Origin: Pseudomonas phage 201phi2-1
Reading direction: 5' to 3' (one strand)
Sequence record: NC_010821.1
Length of the DNA stretch: 32,000 nt
The notes under the pieces are model-generated. The model was not told the origin of the DNA, did no database searches, and saw only the letters and a list, made by a program, of their open reading frames with translations. Positions within the stretch are counted from its first letter, which is position 1, and each line of letters begins with the position of its first letter. Shown piece after piece: positions 1 to 9,687 of this stretch. A program made the translations under genes and the position numbers.

Positions 1-1
1 C

Positions 2-433
2 AATACCCTGGTGATCATCACCGAGACTGGTCCAGATACAGCTAAGGTTCAGAAAGTATACGTCTACGCTATCAACTGGGGTGGAACAATTACTCTAACT
101 GACGTTAGTGGTACTACGGCTGTTCGTAACCACACTACAGGTGAAGTTCTGATGGCCGACCAACTGACTGGGGTTACTCAGGTAGCCGGCTCGTTTAACC
201 ATACGGTACTTACTCGTCCGATTGCACCCGATCAAGAGCTTTGCGATCTGTTATCATTCGGTGACGACTCTAACGGTCAACTCGAGATCCCAGCGACATC
301 GGCACCATTCTTAGCTATCGGTGCAGGTTACGGTTTTACAGTGACCATCAACCAATTCCGCTACGCTGAGTTCTGGGGTGATTCTCCAGACAACTCGCTG
401 CTGTATCGTGGATCAGCTAGTATCGCACCTTAA
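2..433 (+). CDS. 3' part of a phage structural (tail/baseplate-like) protein; frame is open to the window edge
   Basis: The ORF track starts at a GTG at 11, but codons upstream to position 2 are open, so the gene is probably truncated by the window. It sits directly upstream of the fibre genes. Confidence 0.4.
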   Translation, partial: NTLVIITETGPDTAKVQKVYVYAINWGGTITLTDVSGTTAVRNHTTGEVLMADQLTGVTQVAGSFNHTVLTRPIAPDQELCDLLSFGDDSNGQLEIPATSAPFLAIGAGYGFTVTINQFRYAEFWGDSPDNSLLYRGSASIAP

Positions 434-444
434 GGAGGTGACCT

Positions 445-768
445 ATGGCAATGGCTACCTTTCGAGTTAACCTCGATAAACTGAAGACAGCTATTCTTCA
501 GTTATTCAATGGTCAACTGCAAAAAGTAACTACTCTTAAAGATCGTTTGAATGAACATACCTTAGCAACTGGTAATGTTCACGATCTTGAACCACGTGAC
601 ATCGGTTTGGGTAACGTACCTGACTGGACACCTGCCACTAAAGTGCAGGCACAGCAAGGTTTGAGTAACAACGCCTTCATGACCCCACGCCGGGTGGATG
701 ATTACGCAGACGCTAATATCTTCACCGTCATTGGTGATGCATTTAAAGACGCGGCTGATGATCTTTAA
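445..768 (+). CDS. Small tail-fibre-associated protein
   Basis: Very strong Shine-Dalgarno (AAGGAGGTGACCT) just before ATG 445. Contains 'VHDLEPRDIGLGNVPDWTPATKVQAQQG', the same 'H-x-x-(N)PH...LGLxNV.N' fibre motif as the downstream genes. Confidence 0.6.
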   Translation: MAMATFRVNLDKLKTAILQLFNGQLQKVTTLKDRLNEHTLATGNVHDLEPRDIGLGNVPDWTPATKVQAQQGLSNNAFMTPRRVDDYADANIFTVIGDAFKDAADDL

Positions 769-842
769 ACACAACTAAACGGCAGAGGGAGCGCTGGTTA
801 ATCCCAGTGCTTCCCCTGCTGTTATTTTCCCTTGGAGCTGAC

Positions 843-2210
843 ATGGCTGACATTTATGTAAAGTATCCGTATGACCCTACTGGGAAGAATGCGGATAACC
901 TAGTGTCTGGAGAACTACATACACTGACTCCAGTTAGTGGGTTCCCTTACAAAATTATTACCATGAACAATGGTGGCTTCTATGCTCGGACCTGCCGTGT
1001 ATATGACGCTGACTATAATCGCTTGGTGGAAAGTGTAGATTACATCTTAACTTACCGCTACGCACACCTCTCCCAAATGCTGGGACTTGAGGTTGTTAAC
1101 GACATCGTTTTCTTAGATCAGTCCCGTGTTGGCTCCGTGTATATATCGGCTCAGATGGTCGGTAGCGATGTGGCGTTTAGTTTGACCGGTATTCCAGACT
1201 ATGTTGAGTGGTACAGTAATCAAGAAGCTGGGTACTTACCACGAATGTTTGACTACAACGGTAATGAACCAGAATGGGGACCCGGTGAGCTTGATAAGGA
1301 GCGTTGGCGCTTAGACACATACCAACCGTTCAACAATGAGATCTACGAGCTTAGTCGGGCAGCTGAAGGCGGTCGTGGTGTAGGTGAAGACAACTTCCGT
1401 AAACAAGTAAAGGACAAGTACAATGCTTTCCTTGCAATGTTTACAGATCGGTTACAGCGTCACATCGATGATAAAGATAACCCGCACGTTACAACAAAGA
1501 ACCACTTGAAATTAGGGTTACTGCAAAACTACAGACTTGCAACGGTGACGGAGTCTAGACAAGGTGTATCAAACGCACTGTATCAAACGCCTGAGTTGTC
1601 TTGGCAAACCATTGATGCATTAGCTATGCAGCCGCTGAATAGTCATATCACCAACTACAGTAACCCTCACCAGACAACACCTGAGAAGATTGACTCACCA
1701 CGGAAGACTGTGGTTGATTCAACAATAGCTAGTAAGTACCTAGATAACGAAACGGTGGCTAATGCTAACTTGTTCATGAATGGTGCAACAGGCTTCACTT
1801 ATTCGCAGTACTATGCCGCTGTTCGGAGTAATATCCCAGCCGCAAGTTTTGCCGTGATTGGAGGATACTTGAACCCATACCGTCTTGGTCGGGGATCACC
1901 CGCATCAAACACAGTACTTCGTTCAGGTCCTAATCCAAGTTGGCAAACGATTGACTCGCTCATCATTGAAGCTAAACCACGCGCAGCACCGGGTTTAATG
2001 GCTATGGCATTTCCAGGTGGTACTACGCCTTCCAATGCGTTTAACGCTGCCATCCAACAGCCTTGGGCTTACACTGCCAATTTAGGGTCCATCATTTGTT
2101 ATCGCCTAACAGACACGTATGTTTGGGGTGCGGGTAACGGTGCTTGGGGTACAAGCCATAGTGTTCTTTACGTAGCCTATAAATCCGCTGGTGGTTGGGT
2201 TCAAGTGTGA
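843..2210 (+). CDS. Tail fibre/adhesin-like protein, paralogue A
   Basis: Start moved from 807 to ATG 843, which is preceded by GGAG. Contains 'DKDNPHVTTKNHLKLGLLQNYRLATVTESRQGVSNALY' fibre repeats and a G/W-rich C-terminus. Paralogous to the next two ORFs. Confidence 0.65.
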   Translation: MADIYVKYPYDPTGKNADNLVSGELHTLTPVSGFPYKIITMNNGGFYARTCRVYDADYNRLVESVDYILTYRYAHLSQMLGLEVVNDIVFLDQSRVGSVYISAQMVGSDVAFSLTGIPDYVEWYSNQEAGYLPRMFDYNGNEPEWGPGELDKERWRLDTYQPFNNEIYELSRAAEGGRGVGEDNFRKQVKDKYNAFLAMFTDRLQRHIDDKDNPHVTTKNHLKLGLLQNYRLATVTESRQGVSNALYQTPELSWQTIDALAMQPLNSHITNYSNPHQTTPEKIDSPRKTVVDSTIASKYLDNETVANANLFMNGATGFTYSQYYAAVRSNIPAASFAVIGGYLNPYRLGRGSPASNTVLRSGPNPSWQTIDSLIIEAKPRAAPGLMAMAFPGGTTPSNAFNAAIQQPWAYTANLGSIICYRLTDTYVWGAGNGAWGTSHSVLYVAYKSAGGWVQV

Positions 2211-2219
2211 GGTAATAAA

Positions 2220-3596
2220 ATGATTCCAGTATTACAACCGCTACCCATTGACTGGAGCGGTAAATCGCTACATAACCGAACTAAAGGTGAGATACATAAC
2301 CTCTCCACACAATCAGGATTACCGTATCGGATAATCGTGATGGAACGCGGTTACTTCTACACTGACGATCTGTTCATGATCGACTCACGTGGTTACATCC
2401 TTAAGTCCACTGACTACCAGTGTATCGTACCTAGTAGAGATCTTTTCAATGAGGTTAAGAAAACCGCGTGTGCTGTGATCCTTATCACGAATCCCGATGT
2501 GGGTAACATCGTCAGGGTCGACGCACAGATGGTGGGTGGACGTTATTGCTCACTTAACCCAGCGATCCTTGAAACCGCAATTAACGTCACGTTAGCCGCT
2601 AATCGGAAGATTTATTGGAAAGACATCACAGACAAACCGGATGCGTATCGACCAAATGGTCACCTCCATGCATTGTGGGAACTGTTCGGGTTTACTGAAC
2701 AAACCGGTATCCTCAAACGAATGACTACTGCGATGGATAAGATAGTGGCTAAAGAGTTTGTAGGGTTGTTCGACGAATTCATGATTGAGTGGGGTCCAAT
2801 TGAGGACGGAATGCAAGACGTGGAAAATCGTCTAACTACCCACATCAATGACACTGAGAACCCACATGAGGTAACAGCTGATCAAGCTGGATTGGGTAAC
2901 GTCGTAAATGGACCAGTGGCAACCCAAGCAGACGCACAATTCTCCAGTGACACTAACCGTGGTTCGTACACAACGCCATTGCGAACGAGTCAGTCTATTG
3001 CCGCCAACTTTACTCCAAGGTTGACTGAGCATATTAATGATCTGAATAACCCTCACGCAGATACTGCTGCAAAATTGGGTACCATGACAAACCTCGATTT
3101 TCGTTTGTTGGCTAACCAATTCTACAACCGGGGTGAAACCGTTGCCGCAACAAATAGGTTGCAAGGCCTGGCATTTGCCGATTACACCAACTACATCAGA
3201 ACCAATATCCCAGTAACTGAACTGGTATCGGGTATCTTACCGCAATCCAATTATGTTGGCGTTCCGCAGGGAGATGGATATATCCTTCAACCATCTGCGT
3301 CAGGTTACATGGTGTGGAGACCTTATGTTCAGGCCATCGAACAATGGGTGAAGAAAGGTAATAACATTCTTTACGCGGGTAACTATGGTTCTAACGATCC
3401 CGCGGGCGCACAGGCATGGTTAGGATCTGTCCTAGGTACTAATCACCCTAACGGTACGATTGCTGTTTATCGAGCCATCATGACATGGGGTATTGGTACC
3501 GGCAACGGAGCTATTTCCACAACGGTAAGCGTGACCAGTATGGCCGTGTGCCTCAACGGAGCTTGGACACTCAGTCCAGGCGTATACTCTACTTAA
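2220..3596 (+). CDS. Tail fibre/adhesin-like protein, paralogue B
   Basis: 'NDTENPHEVTADQAGLGNVVNGPVATQADAQ' is a typical phage tail-fibre repeat. The N-terminal domain resembles paralogues A and C. Confidence 0.7.
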   Translation: MIPVLQPLPIDWSGKSLHNRTKGEIHNLSTQSGLPYRIIVMERGYFYTDDLFMIDSRGYILKSTDYQCIVPSRDLFNEVKKTACAVILITNPDVGNIVRVDAQMVGGRYCSLNPAILETAINVTLAANRKIYWKDITDKPDAYRPNGHLHALWELFGFTEQTGILKRMTTAMDKIVAKEFVGLFDEFMIEWGPIEDGMQDVENRLTTHINDTENPHEVTADQAGLGNVVNGPVATQADAQFSSDTNRGSYTTPLRTSQSIAANFTPRLTEHINDLNNPHADTAAKLGTMTNLDFRLLANQFYNRGETVAATNRLQGLAFADYTNYIRTNIPVTELVSGILPQSNYVGVPQGDGYILQPSASGYMVWRPYVQAIEQWVKKGNNILYAGNYGSNDPAGAQAWLGSVLGTNHPNGTIAVYRAIMTWGIGTGNGAISTTVSVTSMAVCLNGAWTLSPGVYST

Positions 3597-3606
3597 GGGA
3601 GTCAGC

Positions 3607-4914
3607 ATGACTGATATCACAATCTTACCATTCGACCTGACTGGTACGTTGGCTTCTAACCTGCGAGTGAGTGAGGAACATACCCTCACCCTCGTTACAG
3701 GTCGAACCAATAGAATGTTTGCACCAAAGTTCGGTGCTTACTACAAAGAATCCCTGGAAGTCCGAACAAGTGCAGGTGTTAAACTAAATTACGACACTGA
3801 TTATGTCTGCACCTATTACTACGCTGACATCTGGGATCTTAACGCCAAAGAATGTTGCGCGATCATTGTAGTGACCAACCCATTGGTGGGCAACGACATC
3901 AAGATCACATACCAGGCTGTAGGTGGACCATACGCACTAAGTTTGGATGAGCTTAAAGATATCCTGACTGAAGTCGACAACTCACCTGAATCCATCGCCT
4001 GGGATGATATCCGTAATAAACCGTTGCAATTCCCTCCAGCTTTACACTACCACGAATACTGGCAGTTGTATGGACTTGAGTCCACAGTCGAAAACCTTGA
4101 GTTACTCGGTGAAGCATGGGCAGTTGGTCGCAAAGGCGTCCTTGATGATAACCGTTACTATTACGAAGGATACATCGACCTAGCGCAGAAAGCTTTGGAC
4201 GATTACCGAGTCAAGGTAATGGCACATATCACTGATCGATCTAACCCACACTTGACTGATAAAAATAAAGTAGGTCTTGGGTTGATTAATAACTGGGGTA
4301 TGGCTGACGCCACTGAATCAGCCACCATCACGGTCAATAACAAGTACCAGCCGATTGGCGGTGTTTACGATCAGCTGACGAACCATGTATTTCCGGTATT
4401 GGATCTACACGTGCGTGATACTAACAACCCCCACCGAGTACAGTTGACTGACCCATTGTTGAACTTGTATAGTACGGCACAGATCCAGCAACTGATAAAT
4501 CTTAGATTGGCCCGAACTGAGACAGCGTTTGACTCAGCTGCCTTCCAAGCTATCCCGTTGGCTCAGCTCTATGCCAACTTCAGGACTGGATTACCAGCTG
4601 AAAGCGTACTGGCTAACTCGGTACTACCGCAGGCTTTGATTGCCCCTGCTGTACCGGGCTGGAATCCCGATGATTACGTCTTGAATGGCGCAAACCAATT
4701 TCTACCATACTCGGTACTGATGCAAGCTTACAATGACACCCAAGGTAGTGTTTACTACATCGGCGCCACGCCGTTAGCTTCGTGGGCTCATTTGAGTACA
4801 GGTACATACGTAATAACCGGCACATACGTCTCATTTAACAGTTGGCGAACAATGCCCCAACTTTCAGTATATTTAAAAACCGGGCCCGGCAACAGTTGGG
4901 CTCAAGCAGCCTAA
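3607..4914 (+). CDS. Tail fibre/adhesin-like protein, paralogue C
   Basis: RBS GGGAG before ATG 3607. 'HITDRSNPHLTDKNKVGLGLINNWGMADATESATITVNNKYQPIGG' motif. N-terminal domain shared with A and B ('VGNDIKITYQAVGG'). Confidence 0.7.
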   Translation: MTDITILPFDLTGTLASNLRVSEEHTLTLVTGRTNRMFAPKFGAYYKESLEVRTSAGVKLNYDTDYVCTYYYADIWDLNAKECCAIIVVTNPLVGNDIKITYQAVGGPYALSLDELKDILTEVDNSPESIAWDDIRNKPLQFPPALHYHEYWQLYGLESTVENLELLGEAWAVGRKGVLDDNRYYYEGYIDLAQKALDDYRVKVMAHITDRSNPHLTDKNKVGLGLINNWGMADATESATITVNNKYQPIGGVYDQLTNHVFPVLDLHVRDTNNPHRVQLTDPLLNLYSTAQIQQLINLRLARTETAFDSAAFQAIPLAQLYANFRTGLPAESVLANSVLPQALIAPAVPGWNPDDYVLNGANQFLPYSVLMQAYNDTQGSVYYIGATPLASWAHLSTGTYVITGTYVSFNSWRTMPQLSVYLKTGPGNSWAQAA

Positions 4915-4926
4915 GGTGAAACAAAC

Positions 4927-5532
4927 ATGACTGAAGAAACCGTAGTTGAACGCGAGTACCCTAACCGCGTTCCAGCAACAGCACTATTCAACCGACTCAA
5001 TGGCGAACTGGTGTCTGTGGTCAGCGTTGCTATCGAAGAAGCCCAGTACAACGAAAGCTATTACATTGCCCGGTCGGTAATGTACGACTTCGGTGCGAAT
5101 GGGGACAAGATTGAAGGCAAGATCAACATTAGCGCCAATGGCGTAGTAACCGATGACTTTAAGGTATTGGCTGCCGATGAGCAGACCATTACCATTTACG
5201 AATCACAAATGAACGCTCTCGCCGCTGAGAAGATCACCAGTAAGTTTCCTCTGACCAAGCAAATCAACTTGCTGGCCAATGCAGTTAATAAGTTGGCAGC
5301 TGAGCATGACCTGCTTAAATCCCCCGAGTTTGAAGCCTTGAACGAGATGGTTGAGTTTATCAACTATTGCGTGCAAGTTAACCAGACCAAGAAAGAGCAC
5401 TACGCCAATGACCCAACTGTTAACTACATCAGTGATAAAGCCGCCGCCGATGCGCTGTCTCGACGGATGGAAGGCGGTGTCCATGAAGAAATTGGAGCAA
5501 AAACTATTACCGGTGGTCGCGTTTGGTCCTGA
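4927..5532 (+). CDS. Uncharacterised tail-associated protein
   Basis: 201 aa, in the fibre operon with an AAGGTGA RBS. Overlaps the next gene by 50 nt. Confidence 0.5.
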   Translation: MTEETVVEREYPNRVPATALFNRLNGELVSVVSVAIEEAQYNESYYIARSVMYDFGANGDKIEGKINISANGVVTDDFKVLAADEQTITIYESQMNALAAEKITSKFPLTKQINLLANAVNKLAAEHDLLKSPEFEALNEMVEFINYCVQVNQTKKEHYANDPTVNYISDKAAADALSRRMEGGVHEEIGAKTITGGRVWS

Positions 5533-5965
5533 TGACGCAAAGCAGATCATCGAATACGTTGAGACACTCGATCCAAGTTACTGGTTCCATCGCCTTAAGA
5601 TTAATAGCATCCCGACTAAGGGTACTAATAAAGCCAACTATTGGTTTATGGGTGATGGCCAGATGCCAAAAGCGTTGAAAGAATATCTCAATGAACTGGC
5701 TCCAACTATCGATGGCTTTAAACCAGCCGAGATCTGCTTAAATCGGTACGAGGTGGGAAATGGGATGCCTGAACATATTGACCAGGCATTCTATCGTTAC
5801 AACATGGTTATTCCTTTGAGTAATCATGGTGATGGTCTGTTCGTCGAAGATGAATGGTATGTAGATCGACCGGGCTCTGGTTTGATCATGCCCATCAAAT
5901 CCCCACCACATCATGTTCCAGATGTAAAGCATCGGCGATACACTCTCATCTATCTTTACGACTAG
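5483..5965 (+). CDS. 2OG-Fe(II) oxygenase, prolyl-4-hydroxylase-like
   Basis: Start moved from 5351 to ATG 5483 (MKKLEQ...). Has an HxD motif ('PEHIDQAFYRYNMVIPLS') and a distal H...R ('SPPHHVPDVKHRRYTLIYLYD') in a double-stranded beta-helix arrangement. Confidence 0.8.
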   Translation: MKKLEQKLLPVVAFGPDDAKQIIEYVETLDPSYWFHRLKINSIPTKGTNKANYWFMGDGQMPKALKEYLNELAPTIDGFKPAEICLNRYEVGNGMPEHIDQAFYRYNMVIPLSNHGDGLFVEDEWYVDRPGSGLIMPIKSPPHHVPDVKHRRYTLIYLYD

Positions 5966-5973
5966 GTAATGCC

Positions 5974-6462
5974 ATGTACAAATATTTTGAACCACTAACT
6001 GAATCTGAAGTTGGTGAACTTATTCAACTTTCGAAAGAAGTTAAGTTTACTAAAGCTGAGGGTTATCGTCGTCGGCGTGGTGCCAATGCACCTCAGGTCA
6101 ACAGCGTCTACAATTTCTCCCGTTGGTTTGACTGGCACTCCAGTCAACGTAAACAGTATAAGACTTATTTCCCAACCACAGTCAGGGAAAAGATTGTACA
6201 AGGCTGGTTCCTTGAACTACCACCACATATCGGATTCCTTGATCTGATGGACTACTGGGTAGGAAAACCACAATCGGGTCGGGTCATCGCAACCGCGTTG
6301 AAAGACCAGTCCATCTGGTTGGATGGAAAAGAACAACGATTAAGTGCCGGTGAACAGATCGGCTTTAGCTTAGAATTATTGCATGAAATCAAAACCTGCC
6401 GTGAGGGTGGTCTCTGGGCATGTGTCATGTTCATGGGCTGCTATACGAAGCATGAAGATTAG
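5974..6462 (+). CDS. Uncharacterised protein, possibly a degenerate DSBH relative of the upstream oxygenase
   Basis: Start moved to ATG 5974. 'SIWLDGKEQRLSAGEQIGFSLELLHEIKTCREGGLWACVMFMG' loosely aligns with the C-terminal DSBH strands of the 2OG oxygenase, but no clear HxD is present. Confidence 0.4.
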   Translation: MYKYFEPLTESEVGELIQLSKEVKFTKAEGYRRRRGANAPQVNSVYNFSRWFDWHSSQRKQYKTYFPTTVREKIVQGWFLELPPHIGFLDLMDYWVGKPQSGRVIATALKDQSIWLDGKEQRLSAGEQIGFSLELLHEIKTCREGGLWACVMFMGCYTKHED

Positions 6463-6500
6463 TGCCCAATCCTACAATGACATTACCCTGAGGATTTACC

Positions 6501-7397
6501 ATGGCCACCACAATTGCTAACCCTATTGACCAACAGTTAATTAACGTAACTCGTACCTGCTATTCCGCATACCTTCAAACTTCCAAGTATCTTGGCCTGA
6601 GTCCTTTTCGGATCATTCCGCACACGACCCTGAACGAGAAGTTTAATATCCAATCGGGTATTGCTCCAGCCGTTGGCGAAATGCCTAACGTGCGTTACCT
6701 CGTAATCGGTAACATGGGTCATTACACTGTTAAAGGGCCAGATGGTTCCGATGAAACCACGAACTACATTCACCGTGCAAACGATGCGGCACTGTATAAT
6801 CAGATCCCATTCGTAATGCGTGAAGTAGGTGATGATATCCCAGCTGATCGCCGTGACCAGTATTGCTTACGCACAACTGAGAACGTCGGTGGTAAGAACT
6901 ACATCGTTTATTATGGTCGTCGCCTGAACATGACTGGTATTCAGCCACAACTGCTGGAACTGACTGTAATCAACGGTATCATCACCGCCACACCATACAC
7001 CCCAACTGTCGACGATCTTAACCCGGTTCCACCAGTTATCTCTAACTCTGGTACGGTGATTGGTTCTAATAAAACTGTCTCGGCTAGTGCGATCGTTAAA
7101 GTTTCGCTAAGCGCAGAAGAAATTCGCGACATTACCAATGCCTATCGTATTCGTACTGGTTCCACCCGATCTCCAACTATTTCTGAGATGGGTCTGTGCT
7201 CAGGTGTAGACCGTCGAGTTACAGCAGCCGGCTCTAACTTCCAATACAACGAAGTTATTGCTTGTCAGATCAACGTCTTCATTGCAACCAACCATCCAAT
7301 CGGCTACAACTCTAGTGGTCTCGACCTCACCTTCGATATCGGTGGTGTTGAACCAATGTTGGGTTCGAACGCAGTGCAGCAAGCAACCTTCCGTTAA
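6501..7397 (+). CDS. Putative virion structural protein
   Basis: 298 aa ORF between tail genes with a beta-rich C-terminal half. Inferred from context. Confidence 0.45.
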   Translation: MATTIANPIDQQLINVTRTCYSAYLQTSKYLGLSPFRIIPHTTLNEKFNIQSGIAPAVGEMPNVRYLVIGNMGHYTVKGPDGSDETTNYIHRANDAALYNQIPFVMREVGDDIPADRRDQYCLRTTENVGGKNYIVYYGRRLNMTGIQPQLLELTVINGIITATPYTPTVDDLNPVPPVISNSGTVIGSNKTVSASAIVKVSLSAEEIRDITNAYRIRTGSTRSPTISEMGLCSGVDRRVTAAGSNFQYNEVIACQINVFIATNHPIGYNSSGLDLTFDIGGVEPMLGSNAVQQATFR

Positions 7398-7406
7398 GGA
7401 TTGACT

Positions 7407-7970
7407 ATGTTAGTGATGCCTAAAAGCAACGAGCCTTTTAGAATCGCTGGATTTGACCCAGGTGCAAACTTGGGTCTGACTTACCTTGAAGATGCACTGG
7501 ATGGGTCTAACCCTATCGTTCGACGCGTAGAGACAGAGAAGCTGAATCCAGCTGAATATGGCTATAAAGAAATCGCTGAAGTACATGGTAACCGTGTAGT
7601 ACGTCTAATGATCATGTACGACCGCGTGACACAGTTCCTGAGAGAAGTTAAACCGCATGGCGTAGTAGTTGAGGGTAACTACCTCGGACGCTTTGCAAAC
7701 GCGTTTGGATCGCTTGTAGAGTGTGTGCAAGTAATCCGTAGTGCAGTCTATGCCTACGACCCTTTCATGACTTTACACCTCGTCGATCCAACCACAGTCA
7801 AGACTAACATCGGTATGGTCAAGATTCGTGGTACAGACAAAGAAGATGTAAGAAAAGCATTATCTAATTTAAAGTCCCTGGATTGGGATGGTATTAACAT
7901 TGACGATTTGGATGAACACTCCATCGACTCTGTAGCTATTGCCTATTACTACGCTTCGGTTCTACTTTGA
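7407..7970 (+). CDS. RuvC-like Holliday junction resolvase / RNase H-fold endonuclease
   Basis: Start ATG 7407 after AAGGA. Acidic active-site pattern: 'IAGFDPGANLGLTYL', 'VVVEGNY', 'DEHSIDSVAIAYYYA'. Confidence 0.8.
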   Translation: MLVMPKSNEPFRIAGFDPGANLGLTYLEDALDGSNPIVRRVETEKLNPAEYGYKEIAEVHGNRVVRLMIMYDRVTQFLREVKPHGVVVEGNYLGRFANAFGSLVECVQVIRSAVYAYDPFMTLHLVDPTTVKTNIGMVKIRGTDKEDVRKALSNLKSLDWDGINIDDLDEHSIDSVAIAYYYASVLL

Positions 7971-7982
7971 TTGAGAGGTACC

Positions 7983-8441
7983 ATGTATACATTCATAAAA
8001 GGACTTGGAACCAAATCCATAGTCACCGCAGTATGTGTAATCATCTTGGTTCTCGCTGGAAGTGTACGGTTTCTTTATAATGCTAATAATAGCAAACTTA
8101 CTGAAAACGCTACACTTAAAGCAGACAACGTGGTTATGCAACAAAACGAAGTCTTCACAGAAAAATCAGCTGTTATCACAGACCAGACGGTCACGAAAAT
8201 GGTTGATGATTCAGTGAAGGCTAAAACAGCCACAGAAAAGCTACGTAAAGAGAGTCAGCATGAATATGCCAAGAAAGTCGTACCTGCGGCTTCAGAAGGC
8301 GTTTCGGCAAATAGTGACCCTAATGGGGATGAGCGTGCTGGCATTGTCGCTGGCGGCCTGCTCAAAAACTATTGCCGTATCCGCCCAGAAGACCCCGACT
8401 GCCGTGCCCTCGGTTCTGCTGTTGGATTGCCTGATCGATAA
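7983..8441 (+). CDS. i-spanin-like (Rz-like) inner membrane protein
   Basis: ATG 7983. Single N-terminal TM ('SIVTAVCVIILVLAGSVRFLY') followed by a helical, charged periplasmic region. Overlaps a lipoprotein gene in another frame. Confidence 0.65.
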   Translation: MYTFIKGLGTKSIVTAVCVIILVLAGSVRFLYNANNSKLTENATLKADNVVMQQNEVFTEKSAVITDQTVTKMVDDSVKAKTATEKLRKESQHEYAKKVVPAASEGVSANSDPNGDERAGIVAGGLLKNYCRIRPEDPDCRALGSAVGLPDR

Positions 8442-8649
8442 ACCACCAGCAACTTTTGATGCAGTCGTCATGCGACAGCTGTATCCAGATGTTAAGGATG
8501 TTTGGGAAGCCCGGTTCTTGCTTATGTCAGATGCTTATCTATCGCAGACTTCTAACCTAGAGCAATGTGATCTTTCTAAGAAAGCGATACGTAGCTGGAA
8601 CGCACAGCACCTGGAGCTTAACCATGACACTCGAAGAACTACTCAGTGA
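8260..8649 (+). CDS. o-spanin-like (Rz1-like) outer membrane lipoprotein
   Basis: Starts inside the i-spanin gene in a different frame. Basic N-region followed by a lipobox ('MSVLALSLAAC'). Confidence 0.65.
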   Translation: MNMPRKSYLRLQKAFRQIVTLMGMSVLALSLAACSKTIAVSAQKTPTAVPSVLLLDCLIDKPPATFDAVVMRQLYPDVKDVWEARFLLMSDAYLSQTSNLEQCDLSKKAIRSWNAQHLELNHDTRRTTQ

Positions 8650-9037
8650 TCTTGGTACCGACCCCCTTAGCAATAAGGTTAACGGTGCCCCACTGAGAGC
8701 CAGCATCAACGCCGTATTTAAGAAGCTCGGTATACCGGCCATCGATCAGACGACTTCCAGTGAAGTTATTCTTGAAGCCATTTATGGTTTAGAAGATGAA
8801 ACTGTTAAAGCAACTCTTTTGGGTAAGCGTGTTAGTGAAGCTAAAGGGGTCCTTACTTTAAAGCGGATACTAATGGTAACAGCGATCATTGGAACTATTA
8901 TTGCAATCTCCGTGTTTACACATGTAGTACGTGGTGATCATCCACTGACGGCTGAGGAGATTGACCTTGTTAAAAGTATCGGCGGGGGAGCATTTGACCT
9001 TGTAAAAGAGATCTACATTAAACCTGATGCACAATAA
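8624..9037 (+). CDS. Holin-like / lysis-associated protein with one TM segment
   Basis: Start moved to ATG 8624 (GGAG RBS). 'RILMVTAIIGTIIAISVFTHVV' TM. Located between the spanins and the endolysin. Confidence 0.4.
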   Translation: MTLEELLSDLGTDPLSNKVNGAPLRASINAVFKKLGIPAIDQTTSSEVILEAIYGLEDETVKATLLGKRVSEAKGVLTLKRILMVTAIIGTIIAISVFTHVVRGDHPLTAEEIDLVKSIGGGAFDLVKEIYIKPDAQ

Positions 9038-9046
9038 AAATAACAT

Positions 9047-9075
9047 AAAGCCACCCCTAACATGGGGTGGCTTTT
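9047..9075 (+). terminator. Rho-independent terminator
   Basis: AAAGCCACCCC-TAACAT-GGGGTGGCTTT followed by T-rich sequence. Perfect 11-bp stem. Confidence 0.8.
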
Positions 9076-9130
9076 ATTATGCTATGTAGTCAAAGTAATT
9101 TTTTACATTAGTAACCGTAGAGGACTTCAC

Positions 9131-9682
9131 ATGAGTGATCGTTTTCCCTACAACCTCCCATCGCGTGAGGCGCTTGTAGAACTGGTCCGCCGTTCTGAGA
9201 ATCGACCTGATCTGCGTGACAACTTTGTCACCTTTGAAGATCTGTTTTTCTCACCGACGCTAGTGGAACCCGGTAGAACTTATATTGAAATGGTCGACCT
9301 CATTACGAGTCATAAAGACTGGTTTGAGTTTCGACGTTTGGATCTTGCGGATAATCGGTGTCTTGGTCCAACGATTAATATTATCGTTCAAGGTAATGCC
9401 ACTCCAGCCAATATTGCGCTGGAAATCAACCGTTCACGTAAAATGTCTTTTGGTGAGAGCGACGTTTCGTTCTCCGACGAAGTGATCGCATATACAGGCG
9501 ATTCGTTTGATTACGATTTTACTGCTCTTTCTGGTAGCTACGCTTACTATGGTACAACCAAGGTTAAAGTTACAGTTGTCCCAACATCTCAATGGACACG
9601 CTACACCGAGAGTGATCTGATTCGTTATACTGAAGTTGGTGTTGAACGTGAACTCGAACACAAAGTAAGTAATTGGAGTTAA
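9131..9682 (+). CDS. Uncharacterised phage protein, probably virion-associated
   Basis: Start moved from 9062 to ATG 9131 (AGAGGA RBS), just past the terminator. Beta-rich C-terminal half. Confidence 0.5.
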   Translation: MSDRFPYNLPSREALVELVRRSENRPDLRDNFVTFEDLFFSPTLVEPGRTYIEMVDLITSHKDWFEFRRLDLADNRCLGPTINIIVQGNATPANIALEINRSRKMSFGESDVSFSDEVIAYTGDSFDYDFTALSGSYAYYGTTKVKVTVVPTSQWTRYTESDLIRYTEVGVERELEHKVSNWS

Positions 9683-9687
9683 TTTTA

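Noticed and set aside
8567-8623. Upstream start for the holin-like gene (ORF start 8567)
   Set aside because: The ATG at 8624 has a GGAG RBS and gives a more natural N-terminus. The extension overlaps the o-spanin gene with a charged, non-conserved-looking sequence.
9062-9130. Start at 9062 for the 9131-9682 gene
   Set aside because: This start falls inside the terminator stem. ATG 9131 with AGAGGA upstream is a better choice.
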